Notes: a model not told the origin generated them from the sequence alone. A stretch of DNA of 64,000 bases from Candidatus Omnitrophota bacterium (GCA_903860135.1 CAIOPG010000002.1:1192-65191), one strand, 5' to 3'; shown: positions 19,710 to 29,971, counted from the stretch's first letter. Numbers and translations: made by a program.

Positions 19710-22700
19710 ATGCATCGAAATTCTATTTTAACCCGCATCTATGCCATGATCACGGTATTTGCCTTTGGGGTGAATATGATCGGTCCCCTCTATGCGCAAT
19801 CCGGCCCATCATTCCTGCCGGACCCGGGGCATATGATCGCGTTAAGCCGCCCGTTTAATCCCTTGCTCCTCAAAGGGCTCAAGGTTTACCCGGACAATCC
19901 TTTCCGGTTTGAATTCATCCTCAATCCGGGCGATGCCAGCCTGGCAGGCCAGCCCCTGAAAGAAGCATCGGCACGCCTCATCAAATATTTCCTTGCCAGC
20001 CTCACGATCCCTGAAAAAGACCTTTGGGTTAACCTGTCTCCGTACGAAAAAAACCGCATCGTCCCCGAAACTTTCGGGCAAACCGAAATGGGGCGCGACT
20101 TGCTGGCGCAGGATTATCTCCTGAAACAGATAACCGCCTCGGCCATTTATCCGGAAAGCGACCTTGGCCAGCAATTCTGGCATAAAGTCTATGCCCAGGC
20201 ACAGCAAAAATACGGCACAACAGATATCCCGATCGACACCTTCAATAAAGTCTGGATCGTCCCCGCCAAAGCGGCCCTGTACGAAAATGCCGCCGCCGGC
20301 ACAGCCTACATAACGGGATCAAGTCTCAAGGTCATGCTGGAATCAGATTATAAGGCGATCACAGAGAATGAGTCATTCGCACGTAGGGGCGGGTCCGTGA
20401 CCCGCCCTCTTTTATCGGATACGCCAACACCTCAAGGCGTCGACCGCATGTCATCCGATATCGCCAAGAACGTCCTCCGCGAGTTCATCATCCCCGCGCT
20501 CGAGAAAGAAGTGAATACAGGAGAAAACTTTGCCCAACTGCGGCAGATCTATCAAGCCCTGATCCTGGCTACATGGTACAAACAAAAAGTAAAAAATTCT
20601 CTCCTGTCACGCGTTTATGTTGACCGGCATAAAATTACAGGCGTCCGTATCCCTGACCCCCGGGAATCCGAGAAAATCTGGAGCCGTTACGTCGAGGCAT
20701 TCCAACAGGGCGTGTTTAACTATATCCAGGAAACCCGGGATCCGGCAACAATGGAAACGATCCCCAGAAAATTCTTCGCCGGCGGGGTTGACGCGTCCGC
20801 CATCTCCACCATCATCGATGCCAGCGGATCGATCGCGCCTTCAGATGCCGCAGGGAACAACACCACGTTAAGCATTTTATTGGTTAAAACCAAGGATAAT
20901 GCCAGTCATGAACAGCAGGCACAATCTCTTTATGAAAGCATATGGCCGTCCCTCGTGCCCTGGGAAAAACTGCCGGCCATCAGCCAGAAAGTTTTTGAAT
21001 GGAGCCGGGGGAAGAACGATTGGGAACAATTATTAAAACTCCGATATTTCCATCCCAGATCATTTCTCCTGAGCCACCTCCCTGCTCTTGCAAGTTTTTT
21101 GGGATCACAACAGGATTGGATTAATCTCTATCCTTTTATAAAACACATTGCCTCTTTCGATGAACACAACCAGGATGTCTTATACAATAAAACACTGCCA
21201 GCCCTCTACGCTTGCTTCAAGGATCGCTTGCCGATCGAACAGATCCTTGTTATTGCCGGCTTATTAAAAAACGAAATCCCCTCTCAAGAGATTGAAGTAT
21301 TCATCAACACGTTCATGAAGCCTCATCTTGAAACAACACCCCTGAGCGTAGAAGATTTTATCGCTGAATCAAACCGACTTTTAGAATGGAACCAGTACCG
21401 GAGTATAAACAATTTTTATCCATTTATAGGAAGTGCCCTGTCCAAGGATGATATAACACCATTGCTGGCATCATCCCAAATATCAGAACCTGACAAATTC
21501 AAGCTGTTGACCGGTTTTTGCGTCACGCATCCTGAAGCGGCCGCCCAGGATATGTTGACATATTTCAATCAATTCAAGTCCGGGATCACTTTATCCCAGG
21601 CCTCCTGGCTTATACTTGCTTTCGGGAAAATAAAGACACCTGTCATATTGCCCTATATGATAAATCTCTGGAATAAATCCGATGACGACAATGACTATGA
21701 GAACGGCAAAATAATATTCTTATCAACCATAAAATATTGGCCCAGGAACCTTATTACTGCTCTCCTAAAGTCAGACGACATTCCGCCTTCCTTCGCTCTA
21801 GAGATGATGGCTACCGAGGCAGATAAACAATCTTTACAAGATGCCCCCAACGATCTTTGCCGCACCCTCTTTAAAATATCTTCTTATCAAGAGATCATCA
21901 AAAGCCTCAGAATACTTAATAGAATACCTGACGCCCTCATCTTAACCCCCTTGATAGATCGCCTTTTTCAATCGATGACCACGAGCATCCAGTTGTCTCT
22001 AGACCATGGCATCGGTGCAGAAGGATCAACAATTAACATTGCTAATTTGAAATCCATCGGCACTTTCCTGCACTTTTTCATCACCAACGCCCCTAACCTC
22101 GCCTATAATTGCAAATCATCCCTGACCCGCCTGATCCGCCGATTGCCTATAGGTAACCGGCAGATCAAGCGCGTGAAGGATATTGCTGACCAGCTGGTGG
22201 ACGCCGTCGGGGGCCGACGGCTTATCCTTGAGGGGGGGGCACATTTTATCGTAGACCTGCGCGACGAGATTCATAAGCACATCAACTTTCTGACCGTGTT
22301 CAAGGTCAAAGCCTACGCCCATTATCTATCGACAGGCGATCAAACCATGCTCCGAGCCATGGAAGTCACGATCGATGACGAAGCTCCATTCAGCAAGCTG
22401 TCCCTAATGCAAACTAATCGCATAACAAATGTAGAAACCATCCTCAACGAGCTTATAGAGAAAATGAATATCATTTTTAACGGCGGTGGGACAAATTCCA
22501 AAGAAGTAATCGTTAACTACAATCTTTCCATCCATCCCCTTAACATCGCATTACGGAACAGCTTTGATGCTGTATTGACCACATCCGAAACCCTCGACAC
22601 TCTTCTGTCCCAACCGTTAAACAACGACAGCCTTGTTGAAGGCTTGCGACTCATGACGCAACTGAAAGAATCCCTCGCCACCTTAAGAGCAGATGAACGC

Positions 22701-24845
22701 TACCGGGATGAACAACTGTTATTCCTCCTGCTCGACGTTGAACTCGAGACCTACCTTTATCGCCTGCTGGCCAAAATACCGCCGGAACAAGAGATGACGA
22801 TCCCCACCCTGCTGGCCATTCTTCATCCGGTCATCGGCCTGGCCCGGGAGAGTTTCAATATTCAAGCACAGGAAGAACTGGGCGTGATCAGCGATGAATT
22901 ACGGCAGATCATCGACGCTGAAAAAACCCCGGGGTCAACCGTCAACGGCTCTCCCCTGCGTGTATTTGCCATTGTCGAGCGCCTCCTGCGGCGGATCCGG
23001 CAGTTCAGCCAGGAAACCAGCGCGGTCTACCAGCCTATCGTCAACGACCAAACCCGAGGCCAAAATATCTTCGAAAAGGAAAAAATTGATGACGTTACGG
23101 CTGATCTTATCCGCGTGGAAAATCCTTATCAGCTTTCGCTGGTCGCGCAACAGCTCGAAGCTGTCCTTGCCCGGGAACTTCACCTGTCCTGGCTGGTGGC
23201 TCGTCCGGGAACAGGCCAGGGGCAGTTGATCCATGTGAAAGAATCTGACAATCTCCAGCAGGTGATCGACCAGTTGACCCAACCTGCCATCCTGATCGCG
23301 GAACGTATCCCGAATAATATCCTGCTAAACCCCTATGTCCGCGGCTATGTGACGCGCGAAGAACAGGGGGTCCTGTCGCATCCCGCCATACGTTCCGACA
23401 ACAATGCGCCGGTGGTCCTTGTCCAGGCGATCGGCAGTAAATACACGGAACTGATCGCCACAGCCGAGGCATCGCCGGATGCATTCTTCCAGATAACCGC
23501 CGCCGATAACGAGGTTGCTATCAACAAGATTGATACACTTGATCCAATGACGACCACCGCCCCCCAGGCCGCTATCCCCGTCGAGGCTGATCTCAGCATC
23601 AGGGGTCTGATCACTGATATTAATGCCTATACGCCGGAAACTGTCGGCAACAAAGGCTACAGCTTAAAACGCTTGCACGATGCCATCGAACGCCTGAAAG
23701 CCGCTGGTCTGATTCCCCAGAACTTCATTCTTTCGGTCCCCCAGAGCATTGCCTTGCCCTTTGGCTATTTTGAAGCGATCCTCGATGCCAATGGCGCCAT
23801 GGGCCAGCAGATCCGTACCTTACGGGAGCAGTTGAAGGCTCCCCCCGATGAGAATGACACCAAAGGCATCCTGATCCAGCTTGAACAACTGATCCTGCAA
23901 CTTGATATCGATCCCGAAATGATTGACACGATCGCTCACATCATCGGTGCTTCCATGGTGCGGTTGTGCCCCACGGTCGATGATCTTTCCAGGAATGCCG
24001 CCGCCGGTGTCTATGGCTCATTTGAACACGTGGCACGCGCTCAATTGGGCGACCATATCCGACGTGGCTACGCATCGTTATACACCCTCACGGCCTTCAT
24101 GGACAGGCGCCAGCATCAGATAGAGGAAGATAACGTTCACGCCGCGATGATTTTCCAGATCATGGCAACAGGCAATGCTTTTGTGGCTTTCAGCCAGGAC
24201 CCTACCCTTCAAAATGAAACGGATCGGCGGAACGCCATGCTGTTGGAAATGATCCCCGGGCTGGGCAAGACGCTCATGTCCGGCGAACCCGAATTCCAGG
24301 GATCCCCCCACCGCTTCAGATACTCCGTCAGCGCAGGCAATGCCCAGCGCCTGGCGTATGCCAACAAGAGCTACCGCCTTGTCGTCGACGCTGGGGTCTT
24401 GCAGGTGCGTTTGAATGATTACCGGCAGGATCCTTTAAGCCAGGAAGAAAATCCTTCATGGATCAAGGATCTGTTTGCGCTTCTTCGGGATATAACGGGC
24501 GATGCGACCATCGGCCGTGATATGGAAGGCTCCGTTGAGTTCAAAGACGGGATCTACTATGTGTTTCTACTGCAGGACCGTGACAATATAAAGTTCAATA
24601 CGACCAATACCGCCGGACAAACCGGAAAAGACGCCAAACGCTCCACCGCCAACCCGGAATATACAGGCGGTATTGACCTAAGGGCCCCGGCGTTAACACT
24701 CAACAAGAGCACCGTGCATTTTCAGTTTTCCCCCGATCAACTCGCCGCCTTCGAAAGCGCCCCCGGCCTGCGCCCCGTGATCCTCAAAGCCAGCCCGATC
24801 AAGGATCTGAAACTCTTCTTATCAACCCCCGCTGTTTCCAGATGA
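19710..24845 (+). CDS. Large putatively exported modular protein: conserved N-domain + helical region + glucan water dikinase-like His and nucleotide-binding domains + GGIDL tail
   Basis: Signal-peptide-like start; N-domain paralogous to 43155..47648; VLSHPAIRS phospho-His motif; VGNKG, IALPFGYFE, AAAGVYGS, EMIPGLGKTLMSG, DMEG..LLQDR (PPDK_N-like). Confidence 0.8.
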   Translation: MHRNSILTRIYAMITVFAFGVNMIGPLYAQSGPSFLPDPGHMIALSRPFNPLLLKGLKVYPDNPFRFEFILNPGDASLAGQPLKEASARLIKYFLASLTIPEKDLWVNLSPYEKNRIVPETFGQTEMGRDLLAQDYLLKQITASAIYPESDLGQQFWHKVYAQAQQKYGTTDIPIDTFNKVWIVPAKAALYENAAAGTAYITGSSLKVMLESDYKAITENESFARRGGSVTRPLLSDTPTPQGVDRMSSDIAKNVLREFIIPALEKEVNTGENFAQLRQIYQALILATWYKQKVKNSLLSRVYVDRHKITGVRIPDPRESEKIWSRYVEAFQQGVFNYIQETRDPATMETIPRKFFAGGVDASAISTIIDASGSIAPSDAAGNNTTLSILLVKTKDNASHEQQAQSLYESIWPSLVPWEKLPAISQKVFEWSRGKNDWEQLLKLRYFHPRSFLLSHLPALASFLGSQQDWINLYPFIKHIASFDEHNQDVLYNKTLPALYACFKDRLPIEQILVIAGLLKNEIPSQEIEVFINTFMKPHLETTPLSVEDFIAESNRLLEWNQYRSINNFYPFIGSALSKDDITPLLASSQISEPDKFKLLTGFCVTHPEAAAQDMLTYFNQFKSGITLSQASWLILAFGKIKTPVILPYMINLWNKSDDDNDYENGKIIFLSTIKYWPRNLITALLKSDDIPPSFALEMMATEADKQSLQDAPNDLCRTLFKISSYQEIIKSLRILNRIPDALILTPLIDRLFQSMTTSIQLSLDHGIGAEGSTINIANLKSIGTFLHFFITNAPNLAYNCKSSLTRLIRRLPIGNRQIKRVKDIADQLVDAVGGRRLILEGGAHFIVDLRDEIHKHINFLTVFKVKAYAHYLSTGDQTMLRAMEVTIDDEAPFSKLSLMQTNRITNVETILNELIEKMNIIFNGGGTNSKEVIVNYNLSIHPLNIALRNSFDAVLTTSETLDTLLSQPLNNDSLVEGLRLMTQLKESLATLRADERYRDEQLLFLLLDVELETYLYRLLAKIPPEQEMTIPTLLAILHPVIGLARESFNIQAQEELGVISDELRQIIDAEKTPGSTVNGSPLRVFAIVERLLRRIRQFSQETSAVYQPIVNDQTRGQNIFEKEKIDDVTADLIRVENPYQLSLVAQQLEAVLARELHLSWLVARPGTGQGQLIHVKESDNLQQVIDQLTQPAILIAERIPNNILLNPYVRGYVTREEQGVLSHPAIRSDNNAPVVLVQAIGSKYTELIATAEASPDAFFQITAADNEVAINKIDTLDPMTTTAPQAAIPVEADLSIRGLITDINAYTPETVGNKGYSLKRLHDAIERLKAAGLIPQNFILSVPQSIALPFGYFEAILDANGAMGQQIRTLREQLKAPPDENDTKGILIQLEQLILQLDIDPEMIDTIAHIIGASMVRLCPTVDDLSRNAAAGVYGSFEHVARAQLGDHIRRGYASLYTLTAFMDRRQHQIEEDNVHAAMIFQIMATGNAFVAFSQDPTLQNETDRRNAMLLEMIPGLGKTLMSGEPEFQGSPHRFRYSVSAGNAQRLAYANKSYRLVVDAGVLQVRLNDYRQDPLSQEENPSWIKDLFALLRDITGDATIGRDMEGSVEFKDGIYYVFLLQDRDNIKFNTTNTAGQTGKDAKRSTANPEYTGGIDLRAPALTLNKSTVHFQFSPDQLAAFESAPGLRPVILKASPIKDLKLFLSTPAVSR
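20383..20407 (+). repeat. Intragenic GTAG-type REP-like palindrome
   Basis: GTAG-GGGCGGGTC-cgt-GACCCGCCC, perfect 9-bp stem, located in a loop absent from the paralog. Confidence 0.6.
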
Positions 24846-27800
24846 AATAGATCACCGGATACACCAATAATTCGAGAATGAAACTGCTGAAGATCCCGCC
24901 GATCATGGGGGCGGCGATGCGTTTCATGACATCGGCGCCGGCGCCTGTGGACCACATGATGGGGACAAGGCCCATGAACATGGCGGCAACCGTCATCAGT
25001 TTCGGGCGGACACGTTTGACCGCGCCATGGACAATGGCTTCCGTTAAGTCTTCCCGGGTTTTCATTTTCCCCTGACGCACGGCATCGTCATAGGCCATAT
25101 CGAGAAAAAGGAGCATGAAGACCCCTGTTTCAGCGTCAAGCCCCATCAGCGCGATCATGCCCACCCAGACGGCGATCGACATATTGTACCCCAGCAGCCA
25201 CAACAGCCAGACAGCCCCCACCAGAGAAAACGGCACGGCCAGCATGACGATGCCAGCCTTGACCGGTGAACGGGTGTTCATATACAAAAGGATGAAAATA
25301 AGAAAGATCGTCAGCGGCAATACCACACGCATCCGCTCGCGCACGCGCAGCATATTCTCAAACTGGCCGCTCCACTGCAGGGAATACCCCGTCGGCACCT
25401 TCAACTGCGCCTCAACGGCCTTCCTGGCTTCCGCGACAAAACTGCCCACATCACGTCCGGCAATGTCCACATAAACATACCCCGCCAGCATGCCGTTCTC
25501 ATCCCGGATCATGGCCGGCCCCGTGGTAAGGTTGATCGTCGCCAGCTGTTCAAGCGGCACATGGGCACCCGAAGGCGTCGGCACGAGGACGCGGCGCAGT
25601 TGGGGCAAATCGTCGCGGAAGTCGCGGGCATAACGGACATTCACCGTATAGCGTTCCCGGCCTTCAATCGTCGTGGTCACGGTTTCCCCGCCGATCGCCG
25701 ACACAATGACATCCTCAACATCCTTGACAGACAAACCATACGGCGCCAAGGCCAGACGCTTGATATCAAAATCAATGAAATACCCGCCGGTCACGCGCTC
25801 GGCGTAAACACTGCGCGCCCCCTTGATCCCCTTGACAATACCTTCAACTGCGATCCCGACCTTCTCGATCTGCGCCAGGTCCGCGCCATAGACCTTGATC
25901 CCGACCGGCGTCCTGATGCCCGTCGATAACATGTCGATCCTGGCTTTGATGGGCATGGTCCACGCATTGGACACCCCCGGGAACTGCATCTTTTTGTCGA
26001 GGTCGGCGATCACGTCTTCCCAGGAGATCCGGTCAGGCCAGATCGCACGGAAAGGCATCTGCAGAAAACCAGGCAACGCGGAATACCAGCGCGGTACATG
26101 CCGCCATTCACTTTCTGGCTTTAAAATGATCGTTGTTTCCATCATGGAAAACGGTGCCGGGTCCGTCGATGTTTCCGCCCGTCCGGCCTTGCCGAACACA
26201 CGCTCCACTTCAGGCACCGTTTTGATCACCTTGTCCATCTGCTGTAACAGCTCCCCCGCCCCGGTCACGGACAAACCCGGCAAGGTGGTCGGCATATAAA
26301 GGATAGCCCCTTCATTGAGCGGCGGCATGAACTCCGACCCCAGGCGCATGAAAACCGGGATCGTCGACAGCACTAGGATGCCCGCCGCGATCAAGGTCTG
26401 TTTCCGGTACTTCAGGACAAAACGGCATACCGGTTCATAATACTTGAAAAGCACCCGGCTGACAGGATGCTTTTCTTCCGCATAATATTTCCCGACAAAA
26501 AGGCTATTGAACGCCGCAGATATCCAGACAGGCTTAAAACAAATCGGATCAAGGCGCGTGAAAAACATCCGCATCGCCGGATTGAGCGTTACAGCGAGGA
26601 TCGCGGCTATGGCCATGGCAAAATTCTTGCTGAACGCCAGCGGCCTAAAAAGCCGCCCTTCCTGATCGAGCAAGGTGAACACAGGCAAAAACGCCACCGC
26701 GATCACCAGCAGTGAAAAAAATACCGACGGCCCAACCTCTTTCAGGGCCTTAAGGAGGACATCACGGTAATCCCCCTGACGCCCCCCCGCATCCCACAAT
26801 TGAAGTTTCTTGTACGCATTCTCGACTTCGATGATAGCGCCATCAACGAGCACCCCGATCGAGATCGCGATCCCGGCCAGCGACATGATATTGGATGTCA
26901 GTTTCATCATGAGCATCGGGATAAAACTGAGGAGCACCGCGATGGGGATCGTGATAATGGGAACACTGGCTGAAGGGAAATGCCACAGGAAGAAAATGAT
27001 GACCAGCGCCACAATGATCATTTCCTCGATCAACTGATGCTTGAGCGTATCAATGGCGCGATGGATCAGATCCGAACGGTCATACGTCGTCACCAGCTCA
27101 ACGCCCGGCGGCAGGGACGCCTTGACGTCCTTCAACTTTTCTTTAACCCGCTCAATGACATTCAGGGCATTTTCGCCTGAACGCATGAGCACAATGCCGC
27201 CCACGGTATCGCCTTCCCCATCCAGATCAGCGATCCCCCGCCGCATCTCCGGGCCGATCACCACCGACGCCACATTTTTAACAAGGATCGGCGTCCCCTG
27301 GGCATCATTGCCGATCACAATATCCTCAATATCCTTGACCGACTTGATATATCCCCGCCCGCGCACCATATACTCTGTGCCCGCCAGCTCAATGAGGCGC
27401 CCCCCCACATCGTTATTGCTGTTACGGACCGCATCAATGACACGCGTGAGCGGCATATTGTACGCCAAGAGCGCGTTAGGCTTCACGTTCACCTGATACT
27501 GCTTCTGAAACCCGCCCACCGACGCCACCTCGGCCACCCCCGGCACCGCCTGCAGCCAGTACCGCAGATACCAATCCTGGAACGAACGCAACTGCGCGAG
27601 GTCATTCTTCCCCGACTTATCGACGAGCGCATATTGATACACCCAGCCCACAGATGTCGCGTCAGGGCCGATCTCTGTCTTGACACCTTCGGGCAATCGC
27701 GGCAGTACCTTGTTCAGGTACTCGAGCGTCCGGCTGCGTGCCCAATAAATATCCGTGCCATCCTTGAAAATAATATAAACAAAAGAATAGCCGAAGTCCG

Positions 27801-28053
27801 AGAAGCCACGGATCGATTTCACATCCGGCGCCCCCAGGAGGGCCGTCACAACAGGATAGGTGACCTGATCCTCAATGATATCCGGCGAGCGATCCCAGCG
27901 GGAATAAACAATGACCTGCGTATCCGAAAGATCCGGGATAGCATCGAGCGGAATATTCCTGATACTGTACACAGCCCCCAATATAGCCGCCAGCGTCAGG
28001 ATCATGACGATATATTTATTTTTCGCCGAGAATTCTATGATTTTCTCGATCAT
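24799..28053 (-). CDS. cusA: CusA/CzcA heavy-metal efflux RND permease
   Basis: LDAIPDLSDTQVI, VTYP, GPDATSVGWVYQYAL, KRVRPKLMT, KRIAAPMIGG. Confidence 0.95.
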   Translation of the reverse strand: MIEKIIEFSAKNKYIVMILTLAAILGAVYSIRNIPLDAIPDLSDTQVIVYSRWDRSPDIIEDQVTYPVVTALLGAPDVKSIRGFSDFGYSFVYIIFKDGTDIYWARSRTLEYLNKVLPRLPEGVKTEIGPDATSVGWVYQYALVDKSGKNDLAQLRSFQDWYLRYWLQAVPGVAEVASVGGFQKQYQVNVKPNALLAYNMPLTRVIDAVRNSNNDVGGRLIELAGTEYMVRGRGYIKSVKDIEDIVIGNDAQGTPILVKNVASVVIGPEMRRGIADLDGEGDTVGGIVLMRSGENALNVIERVKEKLKDVKASLPPGVELVTTYDRSDLIHRAIDTLKHQLIEEMIIVALVIIFFLWHFPSASVPIITIPIAVLLSFIPMLMMKLTSNIMSLAGIAISIGVLVDGAIIEVENAYKKLQLWDAGGRQGDYRDVLLKALKEVGPSVFFSLLVIAVAFLPVFTLLDQEGRLFRPLAFSKNFAMAIAAILAVTLNPAMRMFFTRLDPICFKPVWISAAFNSLFVGKYYAEEKHPVSRVLFKYYEPVCRFVLKYRKQTLIAAGILVLSTIPVFMRLGSEFMPPLNEGAILYMPTTLPGLSVTGAGELLQQMDKVIKTVPEVERVFGKAGRAETSTDPAPFSMMETTIILKPESEWRHVPRWYSALPGFLQMPFRAIWPDRISWEDVIADLDKKMQFPGVSNAWTMPIKARIDMLSTGIRTPVGIKVYGADLAQIEKVGIAVEGIVKGIKGARSVYAERVTGGYFIDFDIKRLALAPYGLSVKDVEDVIVSAIGGETVTTTIEGRERYTVNVRYARDFRDDLPQLRRVLVPTPSGAHVPLEQLATINLTTGPAMIRDENGMLAGYVYVDIAGRDVGSFVAEARKAVEAQLKVPTGYSLQWSGQFENMLRVRERMRVVLPLTIFLIFILLYMNTRSPVKAGIVMLAVPFSLVGAVWLLWLLGYNMSIAVWVGMIALMGLDAETGVFMLLFLDMAYDDAVRQGKMKTREDLTEAIVHGAVKRVRPKLMTVAAMFMGLVPIMWSTGAGADVMKRIAAPMIGGIFSSFILELLVYPVIYFIWKQRGLIRRVSDP
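24826..24849 (+). repeat. Right copy of 24-bp direct repeat (within the cusA 3' end)
   Basis: cccccgctgtttccagatgaaata; encodes YFIWKQRG on the minus strand. Confidence 0.85.
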
Positions 28054-28154
28054 AAAATATTACTCCAAAATATATTATCGATCCAAAAGAACATCCTACA
28101 CTTCACTCTTTATATACAAGTACGCATTAGAAGCTGTAAGCATGCCTCGGCTAA

Positions 28155-29024
28155 CTACATGGCATTCTTTAATTTACTCTCAGCATCGATCAGGAAATTG
28201 CCGCTTGTGGCAACTTCCTCGCCTTCTTCCAAGCCGGACACCACGGCATAAAATTCGCCGGCCCTGGGACCCAGGGTCACTGCCCGTGCCACAAAACGAT
28301 TGTCCTTCACAACATAAACGATCTTGCGCAGGCCCGAATCCATGACCGCCTCCGCCGGGACTGACAGTTTCTCACCGAGGTCGATCATGATCTTGGCGTT
28401 AACAAACATATCCGGCTTAAGCTTGCCCTTCTTGTCTTCCACATCCACCTTCACACGCATGGTGCGGCTTTGCGCATTGATGACAGGCCGTAAGGCGGCC
28501 ACCTTGCCCTTGAACACTTCTCCCGGATAAGCCACCGCATCAACCAGGACATCCTGCCCCTTGCGTACAAGCCCCAGCTCATATTCATACACCGCCATAT
28601 AGATCGACGTCCGACCGGCATTCCGCCACCGCGGCGAAGGCGTACCTATTTCCTTCAGATAATCAACCTGACCGGCAGCAAGATCCGGGTCATACGCCAC
28701 CTTGCCTGTCGTCACGATCTCCACCGCCAGCTTCTGGCGTGTTACCCGGCTCTTTTTTACCCCGATCAATTGCTGTCGGTCAGTATTGATCGCAACCCCA
28801 GCCGTCGGCTTATCGGAGGCATTAGGCTCCGCCTCTTTCTTCACCAGATCCATCCCGCAAATAGGGCATGACCCCTTGTGATCAGCGATGATCTGCGGAT
28901 GCATGGGGCACACATAAACCGCCTTCACCGCCTGCTGATCCGCCTTGTCCATGGCGAAGCCCTGCGACAGGGTCCCGCCACTGAACATTAAAACTAATAA
29001 CACATACAATAATCTTATATTCAT
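28155..29024 (-). CDS. cusB: CusB-like RND periplasmic adaptor (short form) with heavy-metal-binding domain
   Basis: YVCPMHP...CPICGMDL; LKPDMF; GLEEGEEVATSGNFLIDAES. Confidence 0.8.
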   Translation of the reverse strand: MNIRLLYVLLVLMFSGGTLSQGFAMDKADQQAVKAVYVCPMHPQIIADHKGSCPICGMDLVKKEAEPNASDKPTAGVAINTDRQQLIGVKKSRVTRQKLAVEIVTTGKVAYDPDLAAGQVDYLKEIGTPSPRWRNAGRTSIYMAVYEYELGLVRKGQDVLVDAVAYPGEVFKGKVAALRPVINAQSRTMRVKVDVEDKKGKLKPDMFVNAKIMIDLGEKLSVPAEAVMDSGLRKIVYVVKDNRFVARAVTLGPRAGEFYAVVSGLEEGEEVATSGNFLIDAESKLKNAM

Positions 29025-29037
29025 AATCTCTCCTGGC

Positions 29038-29343
29038 TTAGCGCCCCATCGGCATATCTTTCATGGCCTTTTGGCTCGCTTCAACTTCCTGTGCCGCGAT
29101 CTTGCTGTACTTTTCGGGATCCGCCTTGAAACGCCCGATACACCCGCCGCAACAAAGGTTGTAACGTTTTCCTTTATACTCAAACGTCGCCGGCTCCATC
29201 CCTGAGGCCGGATTGATCTTCGCCCCGGATACAGGGCATACGGTATTCTCGACATTAACAACTTTTTCCGCCGCCCTCACGGACCCGCCTGCCAACAGCG
29301 CAACCCCTGCCAATATACCCAGCATAAGAATGATCGTTTTCAT
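29038..29343 (-). CDS. Periplasmic YHS/TRASH-domain metal-binding protein
   Basis: Signal peptide; CPVSG...YKGKRYNLCCGGC..FKADPEKY. Confidence 0.85.
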   Translation of the reverse strand: MKTIILMLGILAGVALLAGGSVRAAEKVVNVENTVCPVSGAKINPASGMEPATFEYKGKRYNLCCGGCIGRFKADPEKYSKIAAQEVEASQKAMKDMPMGR

Positions 29344-29458
29344 ACAGCCTCCATTTTCTCTATTTTTATGTCATCTGATTATCTCACAAAAAGACGCCCC
29401 GTCAGCATATCTTTCGCGAACAAAAGACAGCCCGGCAACACCGTGTATCAATGCAGGA

Positions 29459-29851
29459 TTATAAAAGGAGAGTGTGATACTGAAGATAAAACGGAAGAGC
29501 ATGCCTTGACCCTGGAGGCGCACCGCCATAAGCCGTGCTCAACCGGGCCACTTGAAACAACGGGTCAACACCAACAAGCACCGCATCCAAAGCCGAGCCA
29601 TGTGCCAAGAACACTACTGTTGCCGCACCAACCGCTTCGATCTCGGCAATACCGAATTTCTTGAACGAACACGTGCAGGGTTTGGCATCTTTTTCATCCG
29701 ATGCCTTGTCGCCATGACAGCACGATGCTGCGGCCGATCGCTTGACCGCGTGCGCCTGCGCCAGCTTTTCGATACAGCAACAAAACACCGCCGAAGCACC
29801 AACCGCGGCGATCAAGAAGACCACGATATAAGTTTTAAGGGATTTCATCAT
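29459..29851 (-). CDS. Cys/His-rich hypothetical protein of the metal-efflux cluster
   Basis: CCC, CCH, CTC motifs; C-terminal APP...LYL-type ending typical of leaders of metal operons. Confidence 0.6.
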   Translation of the reverse strand: MMKSLKTYIVVFLIAAVGASAVFCCCIEKLAQAHAVKRSAAASCCHGDKASDEKDAKPCTCSFKKFGIAEIEAVGAATVVFLAHGSALDAVLVGVDPLFQVARLSTAYGGAPPGSRHALPFYLQYHTLLL

Positions 29852-29971
29852 ACGCCACAACCTTGCCGAGGGTTCAATCGCTATCTCTTCATTAAGGTTA
29901 GCACACCCGCCTGCGGCACATCAAGAGAATTCCATATCCCCGCGCGACATAACATTTACAGAGAGTACCTA

